DNA of 64,000 nt from a virus (taxonomy: Duplodnaviria > Caudoviricetes): IMG/VR virus record IMGVR_UViG_3300029305_002190, positions 32,001 through 96,000 of that record, one strand, 5' to 3'. Of this stretch, positions 48,379 through 57,639 are shown in pieces. Under the pieces are notes generated by a model. The model did no database searches, was not told the origin of the DNA, and saw only the letters and a list, made by a program, of their open reading frames with translations. Position 1 is the stretch's first letter. The number at the start of each line of letters is the position of its first letter. A program made the translations under genes and the position numbers.

Positions 48379-48821
48379 TGCAACATTCCTCCAAGTACCT
48401 TATTAACAATACTCATATCTGCCTTACCCTTCAGTACAGGAGCAAGAATCTTCATAAGAACGCCTCTATTTGATTTTGAGAATTCATGTTCATTATTAAC
48501 AATGTCAAGAATGAGATAATGAATCTCAGTTTCATCAGTGATCAGAGTAGGTGCAAATTCGGTAACAACTGCCATCTGCGCCTTATACTCTTCAAGAGTT
48601 TCAATGCGCTTTGCAGGACAAGTGTCAATCTGTTCTTGAACCATTTTCTTATACTTTAACAGAACTTCATCAACAAGCTGCTCTGTAATTTCAATACGAC
48701 CATTATTGGTCATAGATGCTTTCTTTACTGCGTCCACAAGTCCAGAAAGTACGGACTTGCGTAGTTTATCTTTGTCCTTCATAGCCTGAACCATTTCAGA
48801 CTGTAGCTTTTCTAGTGTCAT
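48375..48821 (-). CDS. GatB/YqeY domain protein
   Basis: AMKDKDK.R...L...K pattern and C-terminal G..MK...LKGKADM. Confidence 0.85.
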   Translation of the reverse strand: MTLEKLQSEMVQAMKDKDKLRKSVLSGLVDAVKKASMTNNGRIEITEQLVDEVLLKYKKMVQEQIDTCPAKRIETLEEYKAQMAVVTEFAPTLITDETEIHYLILDIVNNEHEFSKSNRGVLMKILAPVLKGKADMSIVNKVLGGMLQ

Positions 48822-48823
48822 AT

Positions 48824-49516
48824 TTAAGCCTCCTTAACGCTCTGAATCTTGTTCAACTTACTCCAATTAATCCAACCATAAATTGCATTTACAGTCCAAA
48901 CAATGTACATTGCAACCATGGACCAATTACCTGCAACGAACCACATCTTGATGCAGAACAGATCAATTACGATCCACCAAATCCACTGCTCACGGAATCT
49001 CCAAACCATTAAAAGCTGAGCAAAGATAGCCATAACATTAGTAGCTGCATCTGTATATGCCTGTGCGCTACCAATACCGTCTAACCAGTAACCCATAGCC
49101 ATCGTTGCAATTACAGTGCCAGCAATAGACAGAATCCACTGAGTGGGACTGAACTTCTTGGCAATAACATCCTCAGTACCGTCAGCATTGGTGACTTCAT
49201 TCTTCTTCCACTCAAAAATGCCCAAAATCATAGTTACAAAGTAGAAAATGTTTTCAAGCACTTCGCCATAAAATCTATTCTGCCATGCAAGAACCAGATA
49301 CGTTACCGTCTGAATAAAGCCAATAAAATAGAACATGGTTCTACCCTTGGCGCACATAATAACAGACACTACACCAGCAAGGCCAGCTACGATATTTAGC
49401 CAACTATCAGGTGTAATCATAAAGACAATCACCTGCATTGCTACTGCTACTAGCATAAACAGCTTCTCGAAAAGAGTGTATCCATTCCAAAAATTCTTCA
49501 ATACCCAATTCTTCAT
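48824..49516 (-). CDS. pnuC: Nicotinamide riboside transporter PnuC
   Basis: Multi-TM protein with G...W, YTDA..N, AQLLM..RFREQW..W and YGW.NW motifs. Confidence 0.92.
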   Translation of the reverse strand: MKNWVLKNFWNGYTLFEKLFMLVAVAMQVIVFMITPDSWLNIVAGLAGVVSVIMCAKGRTMFYFIGFIQTVTYLVLAWQNRFYGEVLENIFYFVTMILGIFEWKKNEVTNADGTEDVIAKKFSPTQWILSIAGTVIATMAMGYWLDGIGSAQAYTDAATNVMAIFAQLLMVWRFREQWIWWIVIDLFCIKMWFVAGNWSMVAMYIVWTVNAIYGWINWSKLNKIQSVKEA

Positions 49517-50004
49517 TTTGCTTCTCCTTTTAATACAATAGGTACTCTAAAATTATTATCAACGTTTCTAATTATTGTGATTGTTTTAAACTTTTCACTC
49601 AACAAAGGTATTTGAAATTGGTCACGCATTTTATCCATTACATCGTCTGGAACTTGTCTGCGACGAGATTTATTGTTCTGCTTTCTTAGGTCATGTGTAG
49701 CTTTAATGTAAATTAGATGATGTTCAAAAGTTGGAAACCAATCAATAAACTGTTCACGATGAGAACGAGTAATTGCATTTGTATCAATAACTACGTCAAG
49801 ATTATTAATCTCTGCTTCATGAATTGCTTTATAAAATTCAATCCACACTTCAAATGAATTAGTGTGTATACATTCATCACCATTGACTAGTGCGTAGAAA
49901 TCATCAATACCTAAATACTTAAGGCTATTTTTCTTGGCAAACTCTTTTGCAAATGTTGTCTTTCCTGCGCCACTGCAACCGCACATTAAATACATTTTAG
50001 CCAT
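49513..50004 (-). CDS. P-loop kinase (AAA_33/Pnk-like)
   Basis: GCSGAGKTT, IDTNA...R, N.SR.RQVP. Confidence 0.8.
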   Translation of the reverse strand: MAKMYLMCGCSGAGKTTFAKEFAKKNSLKYLGIDDFYALVNGDECIHTNSFEVWIEFYKAIHEAEINNLDVVIDTNAITRSHREQFIDWFPTFEHHLIYIKATHDLRKQNNKSRRRQVPDDVMDKMRDQFQIPLLSEKFKTITIIRNVDNNFRVPIVLKGEAK

Positions 50005-51174
50005 TTAATCAGCCATGCCTTTCTCAATTCGATCTTTTACATAACTTACAATTGCCATGAAATTTTCGTAATAGTTTCCAGTTAGAATTGTAACCTTGTC
50101 CCAGTTTCCAGATTCCTTAATGTTTCTGCATAGGATTTCAAATAGCTCTTGCCGTTCCTTCATGCCAGAATGAGCCATATATCTTTCATGGTCGTCAACA
50201 AATACACCATGCGGTGCCAGTAAGAAGATCTTGTCCCAACGAGATTTACGTGTAATTTCATCGGCCATTACTGCTACTCGTTCAAATTCTTCTTGAGTAA
50301 GCGCACAAGTTTCATCCTGAGCATAATACTCTGCATACATTCTAGTTACCATAGAGTCAGAATCAGCAAAGAAAATGCCATGATTGCCAGGAGAATTAAT
50401 CATCTGCTTGTTTAGGTTGTACTGGCCTTCAAGGAAAGCCATATAATCTGCGCCATCTAGTTCCCAGTCAATAACGCAACTTTCTCTCATATAGTCACGT
50501 GCCCATTCATAGCTATAAGGCGCATTGAAATACTTACCAAGATCCGTTGTAAGAGTTGATTTACCTTCAGATGCTGTGCCACAAATTAGAATGTTGTGGC
50601 TAAACAGACGACGGAAGGGGAAAGTAATTTTATCCCAGTGCTTAATAGGATTCTGACGAATCATTGTTGCACAAATAGGATTGTCTGCTACACGGTCAAG
50701 CAGAGTTGCTTCTTCGCCACGTTCAACGAGGTCACTCACATAATTAGGGTCACCTGCATACCAGTGGCGCTTAGGACGTTCCAAACTAACACTAGTTTCA
50801 AAACCTTCTGGACCATCTGTTTCTTTCCAAGATAGCTCAGTGGCCTTTTCCCAAATATTCCAAAACTCGTCGAGCCACTTTTCCCAACCATTAGGATAAG
50901 GCTCTGCGCCAATCTCACCGTCATCAATTGCATATACAGCAACCAAATCATCATCAGAGAAGAACTCTCTAACATATCTGTATCTTCGCTTTAGTGGCAT
51001 CATTTTACCACCCTTGTCACCGTCGAATCCGCAAACGATTACAATTGCGCCGCCATCATTTTCTTTCTTTGCCCTCATAATGCAGTCCAGATGACCTTGG
51101 TGTAGAGGGGCAAAAGAGCCAAATACTACACCAACACTTTTGCCACTCAAAGGTTTCTGATAAGAATGAATCAT
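50005..51174 (-). CDS. nadR: NadR-type NMN adenylyltransferase / nicotinamide riboside kinase (no HTH)
   Basis: GSFAPLHQGH (HxGH), ICATMIR, GTASEGKST, EWARDY. Confidence 0.9.
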   Translation of the reverse strand: MIHSYQKPLSGKSVGVVFGSFAPLHQGHLDCIMRAKKENDGGAIVIVCGFDGDKGGKMMPLKRRYRYVREFFSDDDLVAVYAIDDGEIGAEPYPNGWEKWLDEFWNIWEKATELSWKETDGPEGFETSVSLERPKRHWYAGDPNYVSDLVERGEEATLLDRVADNPICATMIRQNPIKHWDKITFPFRRLFSHNILICGTASEGKSTLTTDLGKYFNAPYSYEWARDYMRESCVIDWELDGADYMAFLEGQYNLNKQMINSPGNHGIFFADSDSMVTRMYAEYYAQDETCALTQEEFERVAVMADEITRKSRWDKIFLLAPHGVFVDDHERYMAHSGMKERQELFEILCRNIKESGNWDKVTILTGNYYENFMAIVSYVKDRIEKGMAD

Positions 51175-51191
51175 TTTATTGCTCCTTTTAT

Positions 51192-51207
51192 ATTAATTTT
51201 GTATTGT
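51192..51207 (-). promoter_or_regulatory. 16-bp repeated element copy (exact consensus)
   Basis: Encodes the TIQN* end of recJ and precedes the nadR RBS. Confidence 0.85.
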
Positions 51208-52920
51208 TTTTTCTATTCTTGCATCCTTAATAATAACTTGACTATCTAGCTTACCTTCATACAAGCTCAATCCAAGTGTACCAATAACAGTAATAACTGC
51301 TTTATCATCTCCCCAGTTATTACTAATCCATTGATACAGTTCCTCTGCTCCATTGCAGAAGAACATAACATACTTTACGTTTGCTACTTCATCATAAATC
51401 TGAATTGTATTTTGACTTTTGCCACAGATTCTAGAGTTCTCAGAAGATATGTGTAGATTATTAATTGCGAACAAAGGTTCGTTAACGTTATGTCCCCAAA
51501 GTGTTTTGTTTTGGTCAAGCGCTTGGAACATTGGAATAGAAAGATTTTCTGCGTTGATTTCGAAGTCAACGTTGTAGACTTTATCCATATCAACATTCGC
51601 AAGCCGCTCGTTAAGCCAATCTCTTGCAAGTCCTATATTCTCAACTGGAATCTCAATTCCGAATGCACCTGGGTGCCCTTGTGCCAAGGTGGTGTAAGGA
51701 CATTCATCAACAAGTGCTCTGAAGTCTTCTATTGGACAGTTATCAAATACTCTGCCACTTCCTCCATACACTTTGTCATTTCTTTGTTGTAAAAGTAATG
51801 TTGGCTTGTTTAAAGATTCTGAAACCTTGATTGCCACAACTCCTGTTAGAGATGTGTCAATAATGCCAGTGGCATCAATAAGTGCAACGTTACCATCACA
51901 CTCTTTACCCTTGTTTACAAGCGTAGGTAAAGTATTTTGTCTCTGTCGGTCTTGTTTGCCCTTATATGACTTCATTAGTCGAACAACATGTTCATAAATG
52001 TTCTCTTCAGTTGGTAGTGATTCTCCACGTTTTGTGTACGAAAAAGTTTCAGACTCATCTTCGCAAAATGCTCGAACAAGTAGTTGACGCTCTTCAAAAG
52101 TTGCCATGCGAATAAAAGCATTGATTAGAGGGCCAACATAAAAACCTACTGTATGTGGACTCACAATACCTTTCATGGAGAAGTCTTGAGCTTTAATGAT
52201 TTCTTGTAGCATCTTGTTGTTTATATTAGACAAGCCCTCATTAATTACTGCTCTAGTTTCAAATTCAGTGATTGGCATAATGTCACATACATTTGCCACA
52301 GCGGCAAGGTCTAACAGATCGTCGCATACGTCTTCCCAATAAAATTCTTCTAGTGCTCTGCAGAATTCTAGTGTCACTGATGCGCCACAGCATCCTTTGT
52401 TTTCATATCTATCACTTGTTTGATTGTTAACAATGATCGCTGGGCTCTTGCTTGTATCAACAGTTACTTGGTGATGGTCTAAACACAAACAATCAATTCC
52501 AAGCTCGTAATACAGTCTTTTATGCTCTGCAACATCGTTGGATCCTGCATCTGGCACAATTAACAACTTAATATCACTGTCAATGTCGAAGTCTCCATCT
52601 AGTCCATGACTCTTATTTTTTCTGTGAACATACATTCTAACATCGTAATCTGGATCAAGTGTCTTAATAAACCTGTACATTAATGTACTACTACAAACAC
52701 CATCAACGTCATTGTCCACAAGAATTGCAATTGGATGTTTCTGTACATAGTGCAAATCAAACGCAAAAACAGCTTTTGCAATATTATCCAAGTTATCATA
52801 TGTGTCTCGTGGAGCTTTACTAAGGTTAATGTACCCATTCCAGTCTTCTATTCCTCTGTTGTTTAATATTGTTTTAATTATATTATTTGTATCATTGCTT
52901 CCTATTAGTTTATATTTCAA
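51193..52920 (-). CDS. recJ: RecJ-like DHH single-strand DNA exonuclease
   Basis: DNDVDG, PDAGS, LDHH, GSGR, GHPGAFG. TTG start at 52920 chosen from the RBS and promoter. Confidence 0.9.
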   Translation of the reverse strand: MKYKLIGSNDTNNIIKTILNNRGIEDWNGYINLSKAPRDTYDNLDNIAKAVFAFDLHYVQKHPIAILVDNDVDGVCSSTLMYRFIKTLDPDYDVRMYVHRKNKSHGLDGDFDIDSDIKLLIVPDAGSNDVAEHKRLYYELGIDCLCLDHHQVTVDTSKSPAIIVNNQTSDRYENKGCCGASVTLEFCRALEEFYWEDVCDDLLDLAAVANVCDIMPITEFETRAVINEGLSNINNKMLQEIIKAQDFSMKGIVSPHTVGFYVGPLINAFIRMATFEERQLLVRAFCEDESETFSYTKRGESLPTEENIYEHVVRLMKSYKGKQDRQRQNTLPTLVNKGKECDGNVALIDATGIIDTSLTGVVAIKVSESLNKPTLLLQQRNDKVYGGSGRVFDNCPIEDFRALVDECPYTTLAQGHPGAFGIEIPVENIGLARDWLNERLANVDMDKVYNVDFEINAENLSIPMFQALDQNKTLWGHNVNEPLFAINNLHISSENSRICGKSQNTIQIYDEVANVKYVMFFCNGAEELYQWISNNWGDDKAVITVIGTLGLSLYEGKLDSQVIIKDARIEKTIQN

Positions 52921-52948
52921 ATAATTCCAACTCCTTTCTAGCATCGCT

Positions 52949-52977
52949 ATTATACCACATTAATTTTGTATTGTCAA
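52949..52977 (-). promoter_or_regulatory. Consensus sigma-A promoter containing the 16-bp element (52959-52974)
   Basis: TTGACA-atacaaaattaatgtgg-TATAAT, 17-bp spacer. Confidence 0.9.
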
Positions 52978-52993
52978 TATTGACAATATATAC

Positions 52994-53025
52994 AAAAAAC
53001 GGGCCACAGTTTTGCCGTGACCCGT
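52994..53025 (-). terminator. Intrinsic terminator
   Basis: ACGGG.CAC...GTG.CCCGT stem with an A6 tract on +. Confidence 0.75.
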
Positions 53026-53030
53026 ATAAA

Positions 53031-53783
53031 TTAATAATATCTTCTTCTATAGTTGTCTTCGAGCCACCTATTGTCGATATAATAGAATCCATAAACAACT
53101 ACGCCAGTTAGGAAAACCCAACAAATCCAAAAGAATATAATTCCAAAATCGTTTGTTTTAATCTCAAGAGTTTCTTCAATTGTGCAGTTATGATACATAG
53201 TGGTATAGTTAGAAATTGTATCATCTTTTAAATTTGTATAAATTGTACCAATGCTGTATGTTGGTGCACCATAGTATACATATCTAATATGATATCCGCC
53301 ATCTTGTGTGTCAATATGACGTTCACTGGGAAAATTAATTTTACCATAATCAAACTCAACGTCTAAAAATGTAATTTTCTCAGAATGTTTATCCCAACTA
53401 TCTACTTCATCCCAGGTCCAATACACTTCTGTTTCAGTATATGTTTGAGTCTTGCCATTAACAGTTCTAGTTTTTGTTACGGTTCTGGTGTGTCTTGTGT
53501 ATCTCTCTTTGACTTTTTCAACATATGAATATTCTCCACCAATTTCATCGAACGTCACGGTGTCAACAGCTTTTAGCTCACCATATACAAATGCATTACC
53601 AACGTTCGTTCTCATACCATATTCAAATAGGTCTTTATCATTATTAATTTGCAATGCAGTAATATATTCTTGCTGCTTTTCCATAACTGCATCATTGATA
53701 TTGCCAGCAATAACAATACCAATGATGAGCATGGCACAAACAATAACAATGCTAAACAGAACTTCTCGTTTTGTAACTTTCAT
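53031..53783 (-). CDS. Membrane protein with N- and C-terminal TM helices (LemA partner)
   Basis: Two hydrophobic helices flanking a soluble domain. Confidence 0.75.
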   Translation of the reverse strand: MKVTKREVLFSIVIVCAMLIIGIVIAGNINDAVMEKQQEYITALQINNDKDLFEYGMRTNVGNAFVYGELKAVDTVTFDEIGGEYSYVEKVKERYTRHTRTVTKTRTVNGKTQTYTETEVYWTWDEVDSWDKHSEKITFLDVEFDYGKINFPSERHIDTQDGGYHIRYVYYGAPTYSIGTIYTNLKDDTISNYTTMYHNCTIEETLEIKTNDFGIIFFWICWVFLTGVVVYGFYYIDNRWLEDNYRRRYY

Positions 53784-53785
53784 TA

Positions 53786-54334
53786 TTAATCACCAAACAA
53801 ATTAGTAGGGGCATCGGCAGACGTATTATAGTCCAAATAAGTATAGGCAACTGCTTCATAGCCAAGCATACTTAGAATCTGCTTGTTAGGGAACTTGCGA
53901 ACATACTGATTATAGCTCTTGATCCATTTATTATAGTTGCTACGGTAGTTTGCAATTAGATTCTCTGTGGTTGCAAGCTCATTCATAAGCTCCTTATAGT
54001 TCTCATTGCTCTTCAGGTCAGGATACGCTTCTGCAACCGCCTGAATCATAGTCTGGATTTCTGCTACAGACTGGTCAGAATCAGTGCCTCTTGCGCTCAC
54101 AACGTCCATCAGAGTCTGATATTCATGCTTGTCATATGCTTTAACGCAGTCTACCAGATTGGGAATAAGGTCTGCTCTGCGCTTCTGCTGAACATCAATG
54201 TCAGAGTATGCAGTGTAAATCTGCTCCTCTAGGGAAATTGCTTTATTCTGCACACCCTGGAATGCAAATACACCCAGTAGAATAGTTGCAATAATAATTG
54301 CAATAGTAATTAATACAATCTTTGAACTCTTCAT
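53786..54334 (-). CDS. lemA: LemA family protein
   Basis: IDVQQKRRADLIPNLV, EAYPDLKSNENY, TEN.IA..R..YN, FP. Confidence 0.93.
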   Translation of the reverse strand: MKSSKIVLITIAIIIATILLGVFAFQGVQNKAISLEEQIYTAYSDIDVQQKRRADLIPNLVDCVKAYDKHEYQTLMDVVSARGTDSDQSVAEIQTMIQAVAEAYPDLKSNENYKELMNELATTENLIANYRSNYNKWIKSYNQYVRKFPNKQILSMLGYEAVAYTYLDYNTSADAPTNLFGD

Positions 54335-54346
54335 TTAAAGTCTCCT

Positions 54347-54955
54347 TTATCTCATACGCCAATAATGGGTGTTCTTGTTTTCTTCAAAAGTATCTCGCAA
54401 CAGAATTTCCTTGGAAGACCAAGATAAATAGATGTAGTCACTACTCATAGGGCGATGACCATCGTTATACCAGGTCTTTAATTCAGCTAGAGCTAAATCA
54501 TAATTCTCAGTTAAAACTGGATTGTCACTAGAGTAGCCCATCCACTGTTTAGGCTGTTCACAAACTTCTGCAATAGTGTCAGGGTGGGCATAATGTTCAA
54601 CTCGATTTAAGATACACCACACAACAGCTTTCTTATCGGAATCCACATGATTGCGAGCAGTGCCATAAATAACCTTTGCGATGTATTCTGCTTCTCGTTC
54701 GATCTGAGAAACATCTCCACCATATTCATAGTATTGTTCAAGTTCAGAGACTTTGGATTCGTAATCACTCTGTAATTCTGCACGAAGAGCAACCATCTCT
54801 TCTTCGTGATTGGCATTAATTTCTGCAATTTGCTTTTCGTACTTGACTCGTTGACTTACAACGGGAGTCATAATCACAATAGCAAAAATGATTACGTAAA
54901 TCACTACTTTTTGAATTTGAGAAAAGCGATTTACTTTTTTCTGATATTTACCCAC
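54347..54955 (-). CDS. Membrane-anchored SleB/Hydrolase_2-like protein lacking the catalytic Glu
   Basis: TM helix and coiled coil, then IAKVIYGTAR...AVVWCILNRV...PDTIAEV..QPKQW. Confidence 0.75.
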   Translation of the reverse strand: MGKYQKKVNRFSQIQKVVIYVIIFAIVIMTPVVSQRVKYEKQIAEINANHEEEMVALRAELQSDYESKVSELEQYYEYGGDVSQIEREAEYIAKVIYGTARNHVDSDKKAVVWCILNRVEHYAHPDTIAEVCEQPKQWMGYSSDNPVLTENYDLALAELKTWYNDGHRPMSSDYIYLSWSSKEILLRDTFEENKNTHYWRMR

Positions 54956-54971
54956 AATGTTTTTCTCCTTA

Positions 54972-55030
54972 ATTAATTTTGTGTTGTTATTTAACTGTGT
55001 GTATTATATCATATATTCTTTGTTTGTCAA
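54972..55030 (-). promoter_or_regulatory. Sigma-A promoter (55003-55030) with the 16-bp element (54972-54987) before the RBS
   Basis: TTGACA-16 bp-TATAAT. ACAACACAAAATTAAT is followed by TAAGGAG. Confidence 0.8.
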
Positions 55031-55038
55031 GAACTTTT

Positions 55039-55872
55039 TTAAATAAAAATCAATTTATTTACATAATCTTTATCTTGCGTGAAAATAGGTATCTCAGTGT
55101 CAATTACCCATTTGTTACGAACTGTTTCCTGCTCGGTGCCCTCATTAATCTTGAAAGGTTTCTTAATACAACAGCTGCCACGCTTTAGGTGAGTCGGATA
55201 ATCGTTCCAGTTGATGCCCTTTTCGAACATTAACATATCCTGAATATCGCTACAGTTCTTACCGTGAAGCTGATTATGAGAGAAGTTTGCCTGCCCAACC
55301 ATTTGAATGCTGTTTCTAGTAGCATCTAACTGTCTCCAATATAGAAGGTTCATGACTTCTTCCTTAGGGATATTAAATACTCTAGCATCGAACATTGCAC
55401 CTTTTTCACAAGCCTTGGTATAGGCATTAAACAACTTCTTGATATCTTCATCTGCTGCGACAACGTCTAGGTCACTCCAATCAATGTTATTTTCAAACCA
55501 CTGACAACATTCGTTTGCAAAAAACTTATTGAACGCCATAGTTGCCATAGAAGCTAGAATTGAACACAGCTTTTGAATTTCGTAGTCAAAATATGGAGAT
55601 GTGTTGAATTCTTTATAGTCAATTAAAATCAAAGTAATTTCATCTGACTGCTGATATGACAGCACAACACCTTGTACATTTTCACATAAATATTTTGCTG
55701 TTTTCTGCATCGACTTAATATAAACTTCGTCAAACGGTCTTTTGAATCCTTTTGTAAAGCTATGGTGAGCCTTTCCGTCAATACGACATGCCACGGGACA
55801 ACGCCTCATCAGCCTTGCTTTTGGCACAGACTCATAGTCTTTCATTCTTTTTGCTAGTTCACTTGTATCCAT
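55039..55872 (-). CDS. Thg1-like protein (tRNA-His guanylyltransferase / 3'-5' polymerase)
   Basis: RMKDYE, RIDGKA, YQQSDEIT, FDAR, WRQLDA.RNS. Confidence 0.95.
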   Translation of the reverse strand: MDTSELAKRMKDYESVPKARLMRRCPVACRIDGKAHHSFTKGFKRPFDEVYIKSMQKTAKYLCENVQGVVLSYQQSDEITLILIDYKEFNTSPYFDYEIQKLCSILASMATMAFNKFFANECCQWFENNIDWSDLDVVAADEDIKKLFNAYTKACEKGAMFDARVFNIPKEEVMNLLYWRQLDATRNSIQMVGQANFSHNQLHGKNCSDIQDMLMFEKGINWNDYPTHLKRGSCCIKKPFKINEGTEQETVRNKWVIDTEIPIFTQDKDYVNKLIFI

Positions 55873-55892
55873 AATATTATTCTCCAATCAAA

Positions 55893-56681
55893 TTAATTTG
55901 CCAATGGACTTTTAGATTTTTTATAACTTAAATATAATTGATATTTTCTATCCAGTCTTGTTAAGTCTGATGAACATCCATATAATATGTCTAGAATTTT
56001 ATATGCAACACTACAAGAATAGTTAATTACATATTGATGGATTGGTGGCATTCCAGTATTATTTCGAACTAATATATTATTGTTATATACAAAATTCATA
56101 ATCTGTTGAAGCATAGTTTCAGATCCAGAAGTGAAATTAATGCGTAAATAATTGTTTGTATGAGTTACACTACCATCGCCATCAAAGTAACCACGAATAA
56201 AATGTTTAACCATATCTTCTGGAATTTTGTCTGGAATTGTAATATCAAATGTTTTATTTGGACGTATATTAAAATTTTTATCTAGAGCATCTTGAAACCA
56301 TTTGCCAGCAAATGTAATATAACAATCATTCTTATTGAGTTTGACGTTCCCTTCATAATTGGTTAATTTGGCAAGTTTTAACAAATGCTCATAATCTACA
56401 CTTGCTAAATGTATTGTTACAGCTGCTCTGTCGGATCTCACATATCCATCTGCTGCAATAAACCCTGCCCAATAACAACTATTTTCATTGTATTCGTCAA
56501 AGAAATGAATGTCATAATGTACAGGTGTACGTTTACGTAAATCTATATTATTTCTTTTTAAAATTCTTTGAACAGTTGCTCTATGAATTTCACATTTTTG
56601 TGATATTTCCATAGTCCCGTATCCATTATTATATAAATCAATTATATCTTTTTCTGTTTTTTTATCAATTTTATTTGGCAT
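55893..56681 (-). CDS. Free-standing LAGLIDADG homing endonuclease with N-terminal HTH
   Basis: YWAGFIAADG and FIRGYFDGDG. Markedly AT-rich. Confidence 0.92.
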   Translation of the reverse strand: MPNKIDKKTEKDIIDLYNNGYGTMEISQKCEIHRATVQRILKRNNIDLRKRTPVHYDIHFFDEYNENSCYWAGFIAADGYVRSDRAAVTIHLASVDYEHLLKLAKLTNYEGNVKLNKNDCYITFAGKWFQDALDKNFNIRPNKTFDITIPDKIPEDMVKHFIRGYFDGDGSVTHTNNYLRINFTSGSETMLQQIMNFVYNNNILVRNNTGMPPIHQYVINYSCSVAYKILDILYGCSSDLTRLDRKYQLYLSYKKSKSPLAN

Positions 56682-56700
56682 AGAACCACTCCAATTTTAC

Positions 56701-56716
56701 ATTAATTTTGTATCGT
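56701..56716 (-). promoter_or_regulatory. 16-bp repeated element copy (ACGATACAAAATTAAT)
   Basis: Upstream of the LAGLIDADG RBS. Confidence 0.75.
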
Positions 56717-56741
56717 CTATGCATCTTTTATTTTTAATTAC

Positions 56742-57638
56742 TTAATGTGCATTCCTGTCCGCCTCGTGAAGCAAATCTACCTGTTTCTTTAGATAAGCAG
56801 GAAGTCTATTGTAATATTTCGTATTTAGATAAGGATCCATATGTGTGGAAATCAGCCAAGCAATTTTTACCCATGTGTCACTAGTACCACCAATTTCACT
56901 AGTCATTCCATAATACATATATGAACCCAAACATTGATGCTGGTAGTAATGAGCATTCTCACAAGGATTACCTTTGCTATCAACAAATGCTTTTACGTAT
57001 GGTTTTCCTATGTCATGATACATAGCTGCCACCCACACTTCGTCATACTGACCTCTTTCATAAAAATATGATCCTGCTTCAGCACAATGATCTAAAATAT
57101 TCAAAGTGTGATGAGGGTTATCATGAGGGATATCCATGTTCATAACTATCTTTTTACTGTATTCTTTTGCATTAAAATTGTCATCAGAATAACGAATATA
57201 GATACCATCAAACCCTTCATCATAATAAGGTGCCTGGAATCGCTTAAGCATTCTATCAATGACTTCCTTGCCAACAGTGCGTTCTCTGGCAGCGTCTCTC
57301 TCGATGCAAGTCTCAATAGGTGCCCAAATAATATGGCACTCAATCTTAGCAAACTTAGGGCAAAGAGTGATAATGTAAGATCTGTCTTTTCTTGTAATGT
57401 TCGTAGCGTCATATACCACAGACTGTCCGTTATTCAGTGCTTCAATTGCTCTAGACTGCATCAGAGAAAACACTTTGTTGTTGTCGCCCTGAGTAGCTTC
57501 ATTACCCCAAAGTTCTTCACGAATCTTGTCGGAGGAAAGATGTACTGTATTGGGATTCTCTTTAATATATTTTTCTGCGTATGTAGTTTTGCCTGAGCCG
57601 GGAATTCCGACAAGTAAAATTAAACTAGGTCTGTTCAT
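56742..57638 (-). CDS. Polynucleotide kinase-HD phosphoesterase fusion (RNA end-healing enzyme)
   Basis: GIPGSGKTT, YDATN, HDNPHH, YHDIGK, HEAD. Confidence 0.85.
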   Translation of the reverse strand: MNRPSLILLVGIPGSGKTTYAEKYIKENPNTVHLSSDKIREELWGNEATQGDNNKVFSLMQSRAIEALNNGQSVVYDATNITRKDRSYIITLCPKFAKIECHIIWAPIETCIERDAARERTVGKEVIDRMLKRFQAPYYDEGFDGIYIRYSDDNFNAKEYSKKIVMNMDIPHDNPHHTLNILDHCAEAGSYFYERGQYDEVWVAAMYHDIGKPYVKAFVDSKGNPCENAHYYQHQCLGSYMYYGMTSEIGGTSDTWVKIAWLISTHMDPYLNTKYYNRLPAYLKKQVDLLHEADRNAH

Positions 57639-57639
57639 T

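Noticed and set aside
52969-52988. 20-bp palindrome TATTGTCAATATTGACAATA as a divergent promoter
   Set aside because: The plus-strand TTGACA has no matching -10 box or downstream gene. It may still be a protein-binding site.
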